Below are positions 48,817 to 58,507 of a DNA stretch of 64,000 bases, piece by piece. The stretch's first letter is position 1. Each line of letters begins with the position of its first letter. The stretch is from an uncultured Acidobacteriota bacterium (lineage in GTDB: Bacteria; Acidobacteriota; Vicinamibacteria; Vicinamibacterales; 2-12-FULL-66-21): NCBI GenBank assembly GCA_963771395.1, contig CAVYTY010000023.1, forward strand, positions 250,964-314,963. The letters run 5' to 3'. The position numbers and the translations under genes were made by a program. Below the pieces are notes generated by a model. It saw only the letters and a list, made by a program, of their open reading frames with translations, was not told where the DNA came from and did no database searches.

Positions 48817-49947
48817 ATGACTCGACGCCTTCTCATCGCGTGTGTCGCCGCCGTTCTCGGTTCGGTTGCAGCCGCTCAGGAGATGCGGTTCTTCTATCCT
48901 GCGCCTCCGGCGTCCGCGGTGGACGTGTCGAAGGATCAGGCCTACGGCGCGCTGCAGATGGATGTTTACCGTCCGCGGAACGCGGCCGGCAAGACCCTGC
49001 CGGCGCTCGTGTTCTTCAACATCGCGTCCGGCGCGCAGCGCAGCAATGCCTTCTACAAGGCCTGGGCGGAGATCGCGGCGTCCCGGGATCTCGTTGCCAT
49101 CCTCCCGGATCTGCGCGACGAGAGCTTCGAAAAGGATTTCGATGCGCTCGTCGCACATCTCGCGTCGAATGCGGCGAGCCTGGGCGTGGACCGCGAGCGA
49201 ATCGCCGTCTACGCAGGCTCCGGCAACGTCTTCCGGGCGCTGCCGCTCTTGCAGAACCCGAGGCAGACGACAATCAAGGCCGCCGTCATGTACTACGGCT
49301 CGGCGCAGGTGACCGAGTTCAGGCGCGACCTGCCACTGCTCTTCGTGCGCGCCGGGCTCGATCGTCCGCCGGTCAATCGCGCGATCACCGAGCTCGTGAC
49401 CCAGGCTTCGAATCAGAACGCGCCGGTGATGCTTTTGAGCTACCCCGGTGGTCACCATGCGTTCGAGATCGTTGACGATGAAGACGCGACCCGTGACGCG
49501 ATAGACAGCACGATCGACTTCGTCAAGCGCACGACCACGCCGACCTACCAGGCCTCGCTGCGCCGGGGGCTTCCCGAGGCCACGGCCGCAGCGCACGTCT
49601 CGACCGGCAACTTCGCGGCCGCGGCATCGTCATATGCCGCACTGGTCAAGACCAGGCCCGATGACGCACGGCTGAGGCTGTCATATGGCGAGGCGTTGCT
49701 GGGGGCATCGCAGTTCGATGCGGCCTGCACTGAGCTCGAGAAGCTGAAGGGGAAGGGTCTCGGTCCGCGTGACCTCGGCGTGCCCGCCGCGCGCGCGTGC
49801 ATGCAGAAGGGCGACGCCGACGCAGCCATCGCGTGGTTGAAGAGCATCCCGCAGCGCTTCCTGCCGCGCGCCCTGGAGAAGGATCCGATCTTCGCGCCGA
49901 TTCAGAACCGTGCCGAGTTCAAAGCGCTGTTTCAGACGGGCGGCTGA
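48817..49947 (+). CDS. secreted dienelactone-hydrolase-like alpha/beta hydrolase with TPR-like C-terminus
   Basis: Signal peptide MTRRLLIACVAAVLGSVAAA. LPALVFFNIASG...IAVYAGSGN...GGHHAF. Confidence 0.7.
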   Translation: MTRRLLIACVAAVLGSVAAAQEMRFFYPAPPASAVDVSKDQAYGALQMDVYRPRNAAGKTLPALVFFNIASGAQRSNAFYKAWAEIAASRDLVAILPDLRDESFEKDFDALVAHLASNAASLGVDRERIAVYAGSGNVFRALPLLQNPRQTTIKAAVMYYGSAQVTEFRRDLPLLFVRAGLDRPPVNRAITELVTQASNQNAPVMLLSYPGGHHAFEIVDDEDATRDAIDSTIDFVKRTTTPTYQASLRRGLPEATAAAHVSTGNFAAAASSYAALVKTRPDDARLRLSYGEALLGASQFDAACTELEKLKGKGLGPRDLGVPAARACMQKGDADAAIAWLKSIPQRFLPRALEKDPIFAPIQNRAEFKALFQTGG

Positions 49948-49966
49948 GATCACCGCGCGACGTGAT

Positions 49967-50072
49967 TGGACGCGGATCGTCTCAACGGGACGCGGATCTC
50001 GGAGACATATTTCAACGGGACGCGGATCTCGCGGATCGACATTCTCACGTGACGCGGATCTCGCGGATCACA
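49967..50072. repeat. family-B array B3: four direct GACGCGGATC(TCGCGGATC) units
   Basis: Unit starts at about 49969, 49989, 50019, 50051. About 7 GATC sites. It fills the gap between two convergent stops. Confidence 0.85.
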
Positions 50073-51436
50073 TCATGCCGCCTCCCGGGCTTTTCGGTAG
50101 CGTCGGCGTCGTCTGGGGGGCCGCCGGCGGCTTGAGCGTGTAGCGATACGCCTCGATGAGCCATGCGCCGGTGCGCTTCAGCACGAGCGTGACCTGCCCC
50201 TCCATCCTGGGCGTTGGTTTTCCGGACGAATCCAGAACACCGCTCAGTTCCCACTTCCCGTCGGCAACAGCGATGTCCTCTGAGAGACAGCGGATCCTGT
50301 TCAGGGCGAGCGGATGCTGCGACGAGCGGTACTCACGCCGTCTGAAGAGCTGCATGCGGTTGATGGTGATCATCTGCGCGCCCCGTTCGATTGCGCCGTC
50401 CGGGTGGATGATGTCCCCGCCCTTCGACCACAGCGCGCCGAGTTTCTCATAGTCGTGATTGGCCCAGTGGACATAGAACCGCTGCCGAGCGCCGCGATCG
50501 CCCGTTCGTCGCCGGCCGAGCATCGTTCCAGAGGGTCTGGCGCAGCGGCTGCTGAAGTTGTCGCCTCGACGCGTGGCGGTTCCGCCACGGGCGGTGGCGT
50601 GCTCGATCGCGTCGGCAGCGGCGCAGTTCTCAGGGCGGCGATATCCTGCAGGATGCCGCTCGACGAGCGCTTCGACGAACACCCGTCCCTTCTCTCGCGT
50701 CGCGCGCGTCGGATCGCCCCAGGTGCCAGTCGGCGAGTAGGTGCCCGTGCCGCCGCGCTGCCGGGTGAGTCGGCCCCCGCCAGGCGAGGGGGTGTAGTCC
50801 TTGACGGCCTTTCGTCATGTCGACGCTCGACGGATCGATGTAGAGCATCATCGAGGTCTCGACCTCGTCGGCATGCGTCCCGCCTTCCTGCTCGATGAAA
50901 CCCTTGGTCGCAGGATCGAGCCGGCTGCCGAGGTTGGTGTAGCGCATCAGCACGCCATCGGACGCGAGGAGAGCCACCGCGGGGTCGAGGGCGCGTACTG
51001 TCGAGACTCCAGTGTTGAGGACATAGAAACGGCGAGGGCCGTACGCCGACAGCGTCCGGACGACATCGGCGGTCATGTCCCTGGCGGTGGCAAGCGACAG
51101 CGACGTGGAGCCGGGATACTCGAGGAACGCCGGATAGAAGTGATAGGTCAGCGTGGGTGCGACGACAACGGCGGTCGCGTCGACCACGCGCTGTGTCAGA
51201 TAATCGGCGAGCGTCAGATCGTTGCGCAGCTTCAGATGCGGTCCGTGCTCCTTGCTGCCCGCGCCGAGCGGGATGAGGACAACCGTCTCTGGCGTGAGCG
51301 CCGGCTCGGCCTCCTGCCACGTCAGCGATTCGAGCCGCACACTCTTTTCGAGCGGGGCCGGACTGCGGCTCTGACGAGCGGAGGGCGTCGTGGAGAGCCC
51401 CAGGACACAAACAAGCGCGAAGATCTGCAGGCGCAT
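50068..51436 (-). pseudogene. creatininase-family domain fused via a Pro/Ala linker to a SnoaL/DUF4440-like domain; three frame changes (about 50807, 50655, 50480)
   Basis: ...EVETSMMLYIDPSSVDMTK / AVKDYTPSPGGGRLTRQRGGTGTYSPTGTWGDPTRATREKGRVFVEALVER / ILQDIAALRTAPLP...AGDERAIAALGS / RFYVHWANHDYEKLGALW... Confidence 0.6.
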
Positions 51437-51486
51437 GACGGTTCCTCGCTCGCGGAAGTGGTGCGGCGGACTGTACACTAACAGAA

Positions 51487-51713
51487 GTGCAGAGGGTGCT
51501 AAGGTGCCCGGTGCTTAGGGTGCCGGGGTGCCAAGGTGCCCGGTGCCTGGTGCTTAGGGTGCCACGGTGCAAGGGGCCAGAGTGCCAACGGCGTTGGCGC
51601 GTTGTCCGTGACCTGGCACGCTCCGCACCCCAGCTAGGCACGAGGCACGGGGCACGCTTGCACCCCGGCACCCTAAGCACCAGGCACCGAGGCACCTTGG
51701 CACTTTAGCACCC
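51487..51713. repeat. family-D composite: about 11 GGTGCY units (51487-51573), about 40-bp core, and inverted GGCAC/GCACC units (51613-51713)
   Basis: ggtgctaaggtgcccggtgcttagggtgccggggtgccaaggtgcc... is mirrored by ...ggcaccctaagcaccaggcaccgaggcaccttggcac. Confidence 0.9.
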
Positions 51714-51719
51714 TGATAT

Positions 51720-52559
51720 ATGTCGGATTGGGACGCCGAACGGTATCACCGGGTGTCGAACCCGCAATTGGAGTGGGGCCTGCGGGTGCTGCGCCGGCTG
51801 GGTCCGCAGCCGGGAGAGCGCATCCTCGACATCGGGTGCGGGACCGGCCGCCTCACGGCGGAGCTTGCGGCGGCGATGGGCGAGGGCATGGTCGTTGCCG
51901 TCGATCGTTCCGAGACGATGCTCCGCGAAGCCGCGGGTCAGGCGGTTACACCGCCAGGGCCGCATCGGATCCCCAATCCACTGAACCACGAACGCGCGAG
52001 CGTTCGAGTCTATTTCGTCCGCGCCGACGGCGCCGCGTTGCCGTTTGTGGATATGTTCGACGCAGTACTGAGCACGGCGACGTTCCACTGGATTCTCGAC
52101 CACGACCAGCTCTTCGCGAGCATCTACCGGGCGCTTGCCCCGGGGGGCCGGCTCGTCGCGCAGTGTGGCGGCGGCGCCAACCTCGGCCGTCTGCTCGATC
52201 GCGCCGGAGCGCTTGCCGCGTCGCCCACCCTTGCGCCCTACTTCCACGGTTGGCGGGGACCGTGGGAGTTTGCCGACGTGCCGGTCACGATCGAACGGCT
52301 GGACAAGGCGGGATTCACGGCGATTGACGTCTCGCTCGAGCCGGCTCCGGTCACGTTTCCCGATCGAGGTAGCTTTCGCGAGTTCGTGTCGTGCGTGTGC
52401 CTTCGCGATCACCTCACACGGCTTCCGGACACCCATCGGCCGCAGTTTCTCGACACGCTGGCCGACGAGGCCACCCTGGATTCCCCGCCCTTCACGCTCG
52501 ACTACTGGCGTCTGAACATCGCCGCGATGAAACCCGCGGGCATCGAGCAAGCGGCGTGA
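51720..52559 (+). CDS. class I SAM-dependent methyltransferase
   Basis: ILDIGCGTGRLT motif I. The N-terminal WDAERY resembles Tam-like enzymes. Confidence 0.85.
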   Translation: MSDWDAERYHRVSNPQLEWGLRVLRRLGPQPGERILDIGCGTGRLTAELAAAMGEGMVVAVDRSETMLREAAGQAVTPPGPHRIPNPLNHERASVRVYFVRADGAALPFVDMFDAVLSTATFHWILDHDQLFASIYRALAPGGRLVAQCGGGANLGRLLDRAGALAASPTLAPYFHGWRGPWEFADVPVTIERLDKAGFTAIDVSLEPAPVTFPDRGSFREFVSCVCLRDHLTRLPDTHRPQFLDTLADEATLDSPPFTLDYWRLNIAAMKPAGIEQAA

Positions 52560-54376
52560 CCCCACCGGTTCCGTACGTCGAGAACGCCGCGCGCCACGCC
52601 AGGGACGGCGAAAAGGAGGCGCAGCTTTCGAAAGTGATCGCGCGGCTGCGGCTGACGACCTTCCTTGTCGCGCGCGGCGATTCTCGTGTGGTCGCTCTCG
52701 CACGGCGGGACGCGGTTGCAGCTCTGGACGGCCTTCCTGCTGTTCGTTGTGTTCGGCGTCCTCGTTGTCTGGCACGCCCGCGTCGACGAGCGCGTGGCCT
52801 GGCACGGCGCGCTGAGGCTGGTGAACGTGCGGGCGCTGGCTCGTCGCGCGCGCGACTGGCCTGCGCTGCCCGACGCGGAGGCCCCTACGGGCCTCGATCT
52901 GGAGGATCACCCCTACGCGCTCGACCTCGATCTCTTCGGGCGCGCATCGCTCTTTCAATGGCTCGGTCCCGCGGCGACTCCTCGTGGACGCACGACGCTC
53001 GCGACGTGGCTGCTCCGTCCCTCACCTCGCGCGGAGGTGATCGAGCGTCAGGACGCCGTCGCGCAGTTGGCGGCGCTCGATGACTGGCGCCTGACGTTCG
53101 ATGCCCACGGCGTGCTCGCCTCGAGTGCCCGGCAGAACGAGATCGACTGGTTCCTCGCCTGGGCCGAAGGGCCCGATCTCTTCGGCCGGAAGACAGGTCT
53201 CCTTCGAGCCGTTGTCCTCCCGCTCACCGGGGCGTTGTGGATCCTTATCGCCGGCGAAGTAACCGGCTGGATGCCGATCGGTCTCTGGCCCATTCCGATG
53301 GTGGCCGGCATCGTCCTGTCGTTTGCCACGGCCGAGCGCCTTCAGCAGACGTTCAATCGCGCCGGAGCCGGCCAGTCTGCGCTCGGCCGTTACGCGGGGC
53401 TCTTCGAGCACGCCATCACCGCGCCGGCTGCTTCGTCGCGCCTCCAGGCCCTCCTCGACAGGCTGTCGGCAGAGGGACAGCCAGCACCAGCATGCATGCG
53501 CCGGCTGAATCGGATCGTCGGGTTCGGCGAGCTGCGGCAGAGCTCCGATCCTGCATTTTCCCGTGCAGGCGCTGACTCTGTGGGATTTCCACGTGCTCTT
53601 CGCGCTCGAGCGGTGGCGGCGGACGAGCGGACGCCGGGTCAGAGTCTGGCTCGACGCCCTGGGCGAGCTCGATGCGCTCGGGCGGCTCGCGCACTGCGCG
53701 TCGCGACAATCCCGAGTGGGCCGTCCCATCGTTCGGGCCTGTTCGGCGAGGTGACGGCGGCCGGCATCGGCCACCCGCTCATCTCTGACGATCGGCGCGT
53801 CGCCAACGACGTCACGGTTGGTCCGGCCGGAACGGTCCTCCTCGTCACCGGGTCGAACATGTCGGGGAAGAGCACGCTGCTCCGCTCGATCGGTCTCAAC
53901 ATCGTGCTCGCCCAGGCGGGCGGCGTGCGTCTGCGCGCGACAGATGTCCCTGCCCGAGTGCGATCTCCAGACGAGCATCAGCGTGCACGACTCGCTCGAG
54001 CGCGGCCTGTCGTACTTCATGGCCGCCCTCGCGCGCCTCAAAGGCGTCGTCGACGCGGCGCAGCACGAGCGCCAGGGACGCGATGCTCGTGTATCTGCTC
54101 GACGAGATCCTGCAGGGCACCAACAGCGTGGAGCGGAGCATCGCCGTCCGCGCGGTGACGCGCCATCTGCTCGAGGCCGGCGCCATCGGCGCGATGACCA
54201 CGCACGACCTCGGTCTCGCGGAAGAAGAGCCGATGAAGAGCGCCGCGCAGTTCGTCCACTTCTCGGAGACGTTCGACGCGGACGGCACGATGCGATTCGA
54301 CTACGCGCTGAAGCCGGGCCTGGCCACGTCGCGCAACGCCTTGCGGCTGATGCAGATGATTGGGATCGAGCTGTGA
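52556..54376 (+). pseudogene. MutS-related (MutS domain V ATPase, membrane-anchored) gene with about six frameshifts
   Basis: The GTG overlaps the methyltransferase stop. The sense hops frames at about 52670, 53543, 53700, 53735, 53915 and 54080. It contains LVTGSNMSGKSTLLRSIGLNIVLAQAGG, SVHDSLERGLSYFMAAL and LLDEILQGTNS. Confidence 0.7.
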
Positions 54377-54478
54377 CAGTCGGCAGTCGGCAGTCGTCGG
54401 AATCGAGAGTCACAGTCGTCAGTCTCAGTCGACGGTCAGAGTCGACAGTCAGAGTCGACAGTCAGCAGTCGACAGTCA
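54377..54478. repeat. family-E array: CAGTCGG / GTCGACAGTCAGA units, direct
   Basis: cagtcggcagtcggcagtcgtcgg...gtcgacggtcagagtcgacagtcagagtcgacagtcagcagtcgacagtcacg. Contains four GTCGAC palindromes. Confidence 0.85.
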
Positions 54479-54564
54479 CGCGCTCAGCGGCGAAAAGCTC
54501 TGCGCGCATGACGGATTTGTTTCGACGAGAGTGCCTCGGATTGGTAGGAAGGTCCATACTGTTG

Positions 54565-56180
54565 TTGGCGCCAGTGCTTAGTCGACCCCGCTTCATCGTC
54601 TTCCTGTCGGTCCTCCTCTTGCTCGGACAGCGTTCCGGCCGGCCAGGGCCAGCCGCGATATGACCTGCTGATCGCCGGCGGTCAGGTCGTCGACGGCACC
54701 GGCGCTCCGGCCCGGCGGGCGGATGTCGCGATCAAGGCCGGGCGCATCGCGGCCATCGGCACCATCGCGAAGATCGACGCGCGGGAGGTGATCGACGCTG
54801 CCGGCCTCGTCGTCGCGCCGGGTTTCATCGACGTCCACACCCACGCCGACGACCTCATCGACCAGCCGCGTGGCGAGAACTTCGTCCGCATGGGCGTCAC
54901 GACCATCGTGGCCGGAAACTGCGGCTCGTCTTCTCTCGATGTCGGCAAGGCGTTCGACGGCGGTCGAACAGGTCGGCGCGTCGGTGAACTTCGCGACGCT
55001 CATCGGGCACAACACGGTGCGTCGTGACGTGATGGGGACTGCGAACCGCAACCCGACGATTCCCGAGCTCGACAAGATGAAGGCGCTCGTCTGGCGCGGA
55101 ATGGCGGACGGCGCCGTAGGCTTCTCAACCGGCCTCCAGTACGTGCCAGGCACCTATGCCCAGACGTGGGAGATCATCGAGCTCGCGCGCGTCGCCGGCA
55201 ACGAAGGCGGCGTGTACGCCTCCCACATGCGCAACGAGGGCACGGCGCTCGAAGAAGCCGTCACCGAAACGATCCGCGTCGGTGAGATGGCGGGCTGCCG
55301 CGTGCAGATTTCTCATCTGAAGGTCGACAGCCCCAGCCGCTGGGGTGCGAGCGCGAAGGCACTTGCGCTCATCGACGATGCCCGGAAGCGCGGCATCATC
55401 GTCGAGGCAGACCAGTATGCGTACACGGCGGCGAGCTCGTCGCTCGGCATCCGCTTCCCCTCGTGGGTGCTCGAAGGCGGTCAGGCGCAGATCAACACGC
55501 GCCTCAACGACGCGGCCATGTGGGCGAAGATCAGGAACGAGATCCGGGCGCTGCTCGCCGAGCGCGGCCTCGCGGATCTGTCCTTCGCTGTCGTGGCGTC
55601 ATATCGTGCGGATCCCTCGCTCAACGGCTTGTCGATGAAGCAGGTGGCGGCAAAGCTGAAAGGGACGGAGTCAGCCGAGGCGCAGCTCGAGGCGGCGCGG
55701 GAGATGATGCTCGCCGGTGGGGCATCGATGGTCTATCACTTCATGTCCGACGACGACATCGATCGAATCATGAAGCACCCGCAGGTCGCTGTCGCGTCGG
55801 ACAGCTCGGTGCTGACGATGGGGGAGGGCGTGCCGCACCCGCGCGGCTACGGCAACAACGCAAGAGTGCTGGGCGAATACGTGCGCGTGCGGAAGGTGAT
55901 CACTCTCGAGGAAGCGGTCCGCAAAATGACGTCGCTCCCCGCGGATCAGTTTCGATTCGCTGAACGCGGCCGGATCGCTGCGGGCGATTTCGCAGACATC
56001 GTGGTCTTCGATCGCGCGACGGTGGGGGACGCGGCGACATTCGACAAGCCGCACGCGTACGCGCGCGGCATCGCCTATGTCCTGGTCAATGGTGTGCCCG
56101 TCATCAAGAACGGTGAGCACACCGGCGCGAAGCCGGGAAAGGCGCTGACGTTGGGGAAAGCACAGACGCCCAAGCGCTGA
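54565..56180 (+). pseudogene. second D-aminoacylase-family gene, two frameshifts (about 54640 and 54955)
   Basis: Signal-like RFIVFLSVLLLLGQ / YDLLIAGGQVVDGTG...PGFIDVHTHADD...GNCGSSSLDVGKAFD / AVEQVGASVNFATLIGHNTV... to the end. Confidence 0.7.
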
Positions 56181-56261
56181 ACCCTGAACCCTTGAACCCT
56201 CTGAACCTTTTTGAACCCCTGAACCGTTTGAACCTTTTGAACCCTCTGAACCTTTTGAACC
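56178..56261. repeat. family-A array A4: 10 TGAACC units
   Basis: Unit starts 56178, 56185, 56193, 56202, 56212, 56220, 56229, 56238, 56247, 56256. The first unit contains the stop codon of the preceding gene. Confidence 0.95.
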
Positions 56262-56276
56262 CTGTTTAATCATCCG

Positions 56277-56795
56277 TCAGTCATCAGCCACAGCGAAATA
56301 GATCGCGACCGGCGCGAGCACGAGCCACACGCCAATCATCAGCGCGGGCAGCATCCAGCCGCCCGCGAGCAACGCCGAGGGCGCCTTGATGGCCGCCATG
56401 TCGGACGATGCGGCGTCCCTGACGCCGGAGACCCATCCGCCGAGCAGGCCCCCGAACCAGGGTGACAGCGCGACGAGCGCGGCGACGGTCAGCGTGATTG
56501 CGGCCACCGAGGCCACCACCTGCGCGACAGTGATCGGCCGCGCGGCTTCCCGCGCCGCTTCCTGACGCGCGCGCATCTGCGCCCGCCACCACATCACCGC
56601 GGACGAGGGGATCCGCGCGTCACCGGGTTCGTCGTTCCGGTCGTCGAGCAGCGCCCCCGCGACGTCGACGACGTCGGCGCACAGTGCGCACGCGGCCACG
56701 TGGGCGCGGAGGTCCTCGCCGGCCCGGCCGGGCCAGCGCCCGCTCGTCAGCGCATCGAGCACGTCCTGCTCACGACAGCAGTCAACGATCTTCAC
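56277..56795 (-). CDS. membrane anti-sigma factor (zf-HC2 type)
   Basis: HVAACALCADVV zinc-finger motif plus C-terminal transmembrane helices. The ATGA overlaps the sigma-factor stop. Confidence 0.8.
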   Translation of the reverse strand: MKIVDCCREQDVLDALTSGRWPGRAGEDLRAHVAACALCADVVDVAGALLDDRNDEPGDARIPSSAVMWWRAQMRARQEAAREAARPITVAQVVASVAAITLTVAALVALSPWFGGLLGGWVSGVRDAASSDMAAIKAPSALLAGGWMLPALMIGVWLVLAPVAIYFAVADD

Positions 56796-57379
56796 GAGTG
56801 GCCTCCGTCGGTATGCGCCGCCGCAGGACGCAGTATCCCCGCGAGCTTCCGCCGCGCGCGGAACAGCAGGAGCTTCACGCTCCCGGTCTTGACTCCGAGC
56901 GTCTGGGCGATTTCGGTGTGCGGATGACCCTGCGCATACGCCAGCCAGAGCAACGCCCGCTCGCGCGGCCGCAGGCGATCCATCGCCCGCCGCAGATCGG
57001 TGCGCCGGACGCTGGCCTCGGCAAGGTCACCACCAGTCGCGGGAATAGTGCTCTGATCGTGGTCCGGCAGCGGCACGGTGTGCCATCTCCTGGCGCGTCT
57101 GCGGCCGTCCCGCACGAGGTTGGTGGCGATCTGGAAGAGATAGGCACGGCGGTGCGACTCGCTTTCCCAGTGGCCGCGCGTGCGCAGGAAACGGTAGTAG
57201 CTCTCCTGCAGCAGGTCGTCGGCGACTTGCGCGTCGCACGTCATCCTGGACAGGTAGTTCCAGAGCGACCGGGCGGTTCGGTCGTAGAACGCGCGGAACG
57301 CTTCTTCGTCCATCTCGAAGGCCACGTCGACCTCTGCAGCCTCGAGCCGTTCAACGTCGGAGAACGTCAGATCGCGCAT
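56792..57379 (-). CDS. ECF sigma factor
   Basis: FRAFYDRTARSLWNYL...DLLQESYYRF (region 2) and LLWLAYAQGHPHTEIAQTLGVKTGSVKLLLFRARRKL (region 4). Confidence 0.9.
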   Translation of the reverse strand: MRDLTFSDVERLEAAEVDVAFEMDEEAFRAFYDRTARSLWNYLSRMTCDAQVADDLLQESYYRFLRTRGHWESESHRRAYLFQIATNLVRDGRRRARRWHTVPLPDHDQSTIPATGGDLAEASVRRTDLRRAMDRLRPRERALLWLAYAQGHPHTEIAQTLGVKTGSVKLLLFRARRKLAGILRPAAAHTDGGHS

Positions 57380-57383
57380 GTCG

Positions 57384-58325
57384 TCACTGTCCCGCGCCTT
57401 CGATGTGCTCGCGCGGCGGAACGGCCACGGCCGGTTCGAAGAGGCCGAGCCGCCGCGAGAGGAGGAATGACGCGCCGGCCGACACGACGAAGCCGGCGCC
57501 AACCGCCAGCGCGAGCACCCCGATGGAGAAGAGCGGCTGGGCCACTTCTTCGAGCACGCGGTTGCTCACGAAGAGCAGCCCGAGCCCGAGGGCGGCGAGC
57601 ACGACACCGATCTGCACGGACCACAAGATGCGGCTCAAGGGCGCACCGACCTGTCGCACGGGAGCCGCGGGAGCCTCGAGCGACAGCGGCGCCGATTCCA
57701 GGAATCGGCGGCCCACGGGGGTCTCCATGTAGGCCAGCAGATCCTCGTTGGTCGTAAAACGATCCAGCAATTTCTTGTGCACCTCGTTATGGACCTTTGA
57801 CGTGCGATTCCACCGCCTGTATTCGACGAGCGTTCGGATGATCCAGATCAATGCGCCGGTGCCGACGAGGAAAACGCCCGAGATGGCGAAGAAATCGAAG
57901 AGATCGCGCCAGACGCGCACCGCCTGCGATTCCCGCGTCTCGGGCGGCGAGGGGACCCAGAATTCCATCGGCCCGATGTGCTCGAAGAAGAAGCCGGGAG
58001 AGCTGCGGATGTCGGGGTGCTGCTTCAGAAACGCCGCGAGGCCCGGGTACGGGGCCAGGTAGGACTCGTTACTCAGGAGCGACGGGTCGGTCCGCAGGAC
58101 ACGGCCAACCGCGGGCGGAAGCTTCTTGAGGAGCTCCTCGAGGCTTTCCCGCGTCTCCCTGGCGTCCTGGTCCTGGTTGATGAACACCTGCGGGGCCGCT
58201 GGGGTAGCTCCGGGACGCTCGACCGGCGCGACGGCACCCTGCTGAGCCGAGGCCAGGTTCGGGACCGACAGGGCGAGAACGAGGGCCGCGAACGCCGAGC
58301 GGGTCGAAATCCGGTAGGAAAGCAT
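57384..58325 (-). CDS. membrane protein of unknown function, first gene of the ECF sigma operon
   Basis: Signal peptide plus three to four transmembrane helices. No family recognised. Confidence 0.6.
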   Translation of the reverse strand: MLSYRISTRSAFAALVLALSVPNLASAQQGAVAPVERPGATPAAPQVFINQDQDARETRESLEELLKKLPPAVGRVLRTDPSLLSNESYLAPYPGLAAFLKQHPDIRSSPGFFFEHIGPMEFWVPSPPETRESQAVRVWRDLFDFFAISGVFLVGTGALIWIIRTLVEYRRWNRTSKVHNEVHKKLLDRFTTNEDLLAYMETPVGRRFLESAPLSLEAPAAPVRQVGAPLSRILWSVQIGVVLAALGLGLLFVSNRVLEEVAQPLFSIGVLALAVGAGFVVSAGASFLLSRRLGLFEPAVAVPPREHIEGAGQ

Positions 58326-58396
58326 TAGTAAGTAGGCTCCTTACCTACACCTACCTACTACGCACCGGACCGATGGGGGTTAACACTGACAGAGTC

Positions 58397-58499
58397 GGTT
58401 CAAAGGGTTCAAGGGGTTCAAAGGGTTCAAAGGTTCAGGGTTCAGGAGGTTCAGGCCATGAACCTTGAACCTCTGAATCCTACCTGAACCCTTTGAACC
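58397..58499. repeat. family-A composite A5: 7 GGTTCA units abutting 5 TGAACC units around a 5-nt centre
   Basis: Unit starts 58397, 58406, 58415, 58424, 58432, 58439, 58448; centre ggcca; then 58459, 58466, 58474 (degenerate), 58485, 58494. Confidence 0.95.
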
Positions 58500-58507
58500 G
58501 ACTGGAT

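Noticed and set aside
56178-58499. TGAACC arrays as decoy or multiple -35 boxes for the adjacent ECF sigma factor.
   Set aside because: TGAACC/GGAAC resemblance to ECF -35 elements is weak evidence. I found no appropriately spaced -10 (CGT-type) partners. The same arrays occur at loci unrelated to sigma factors.
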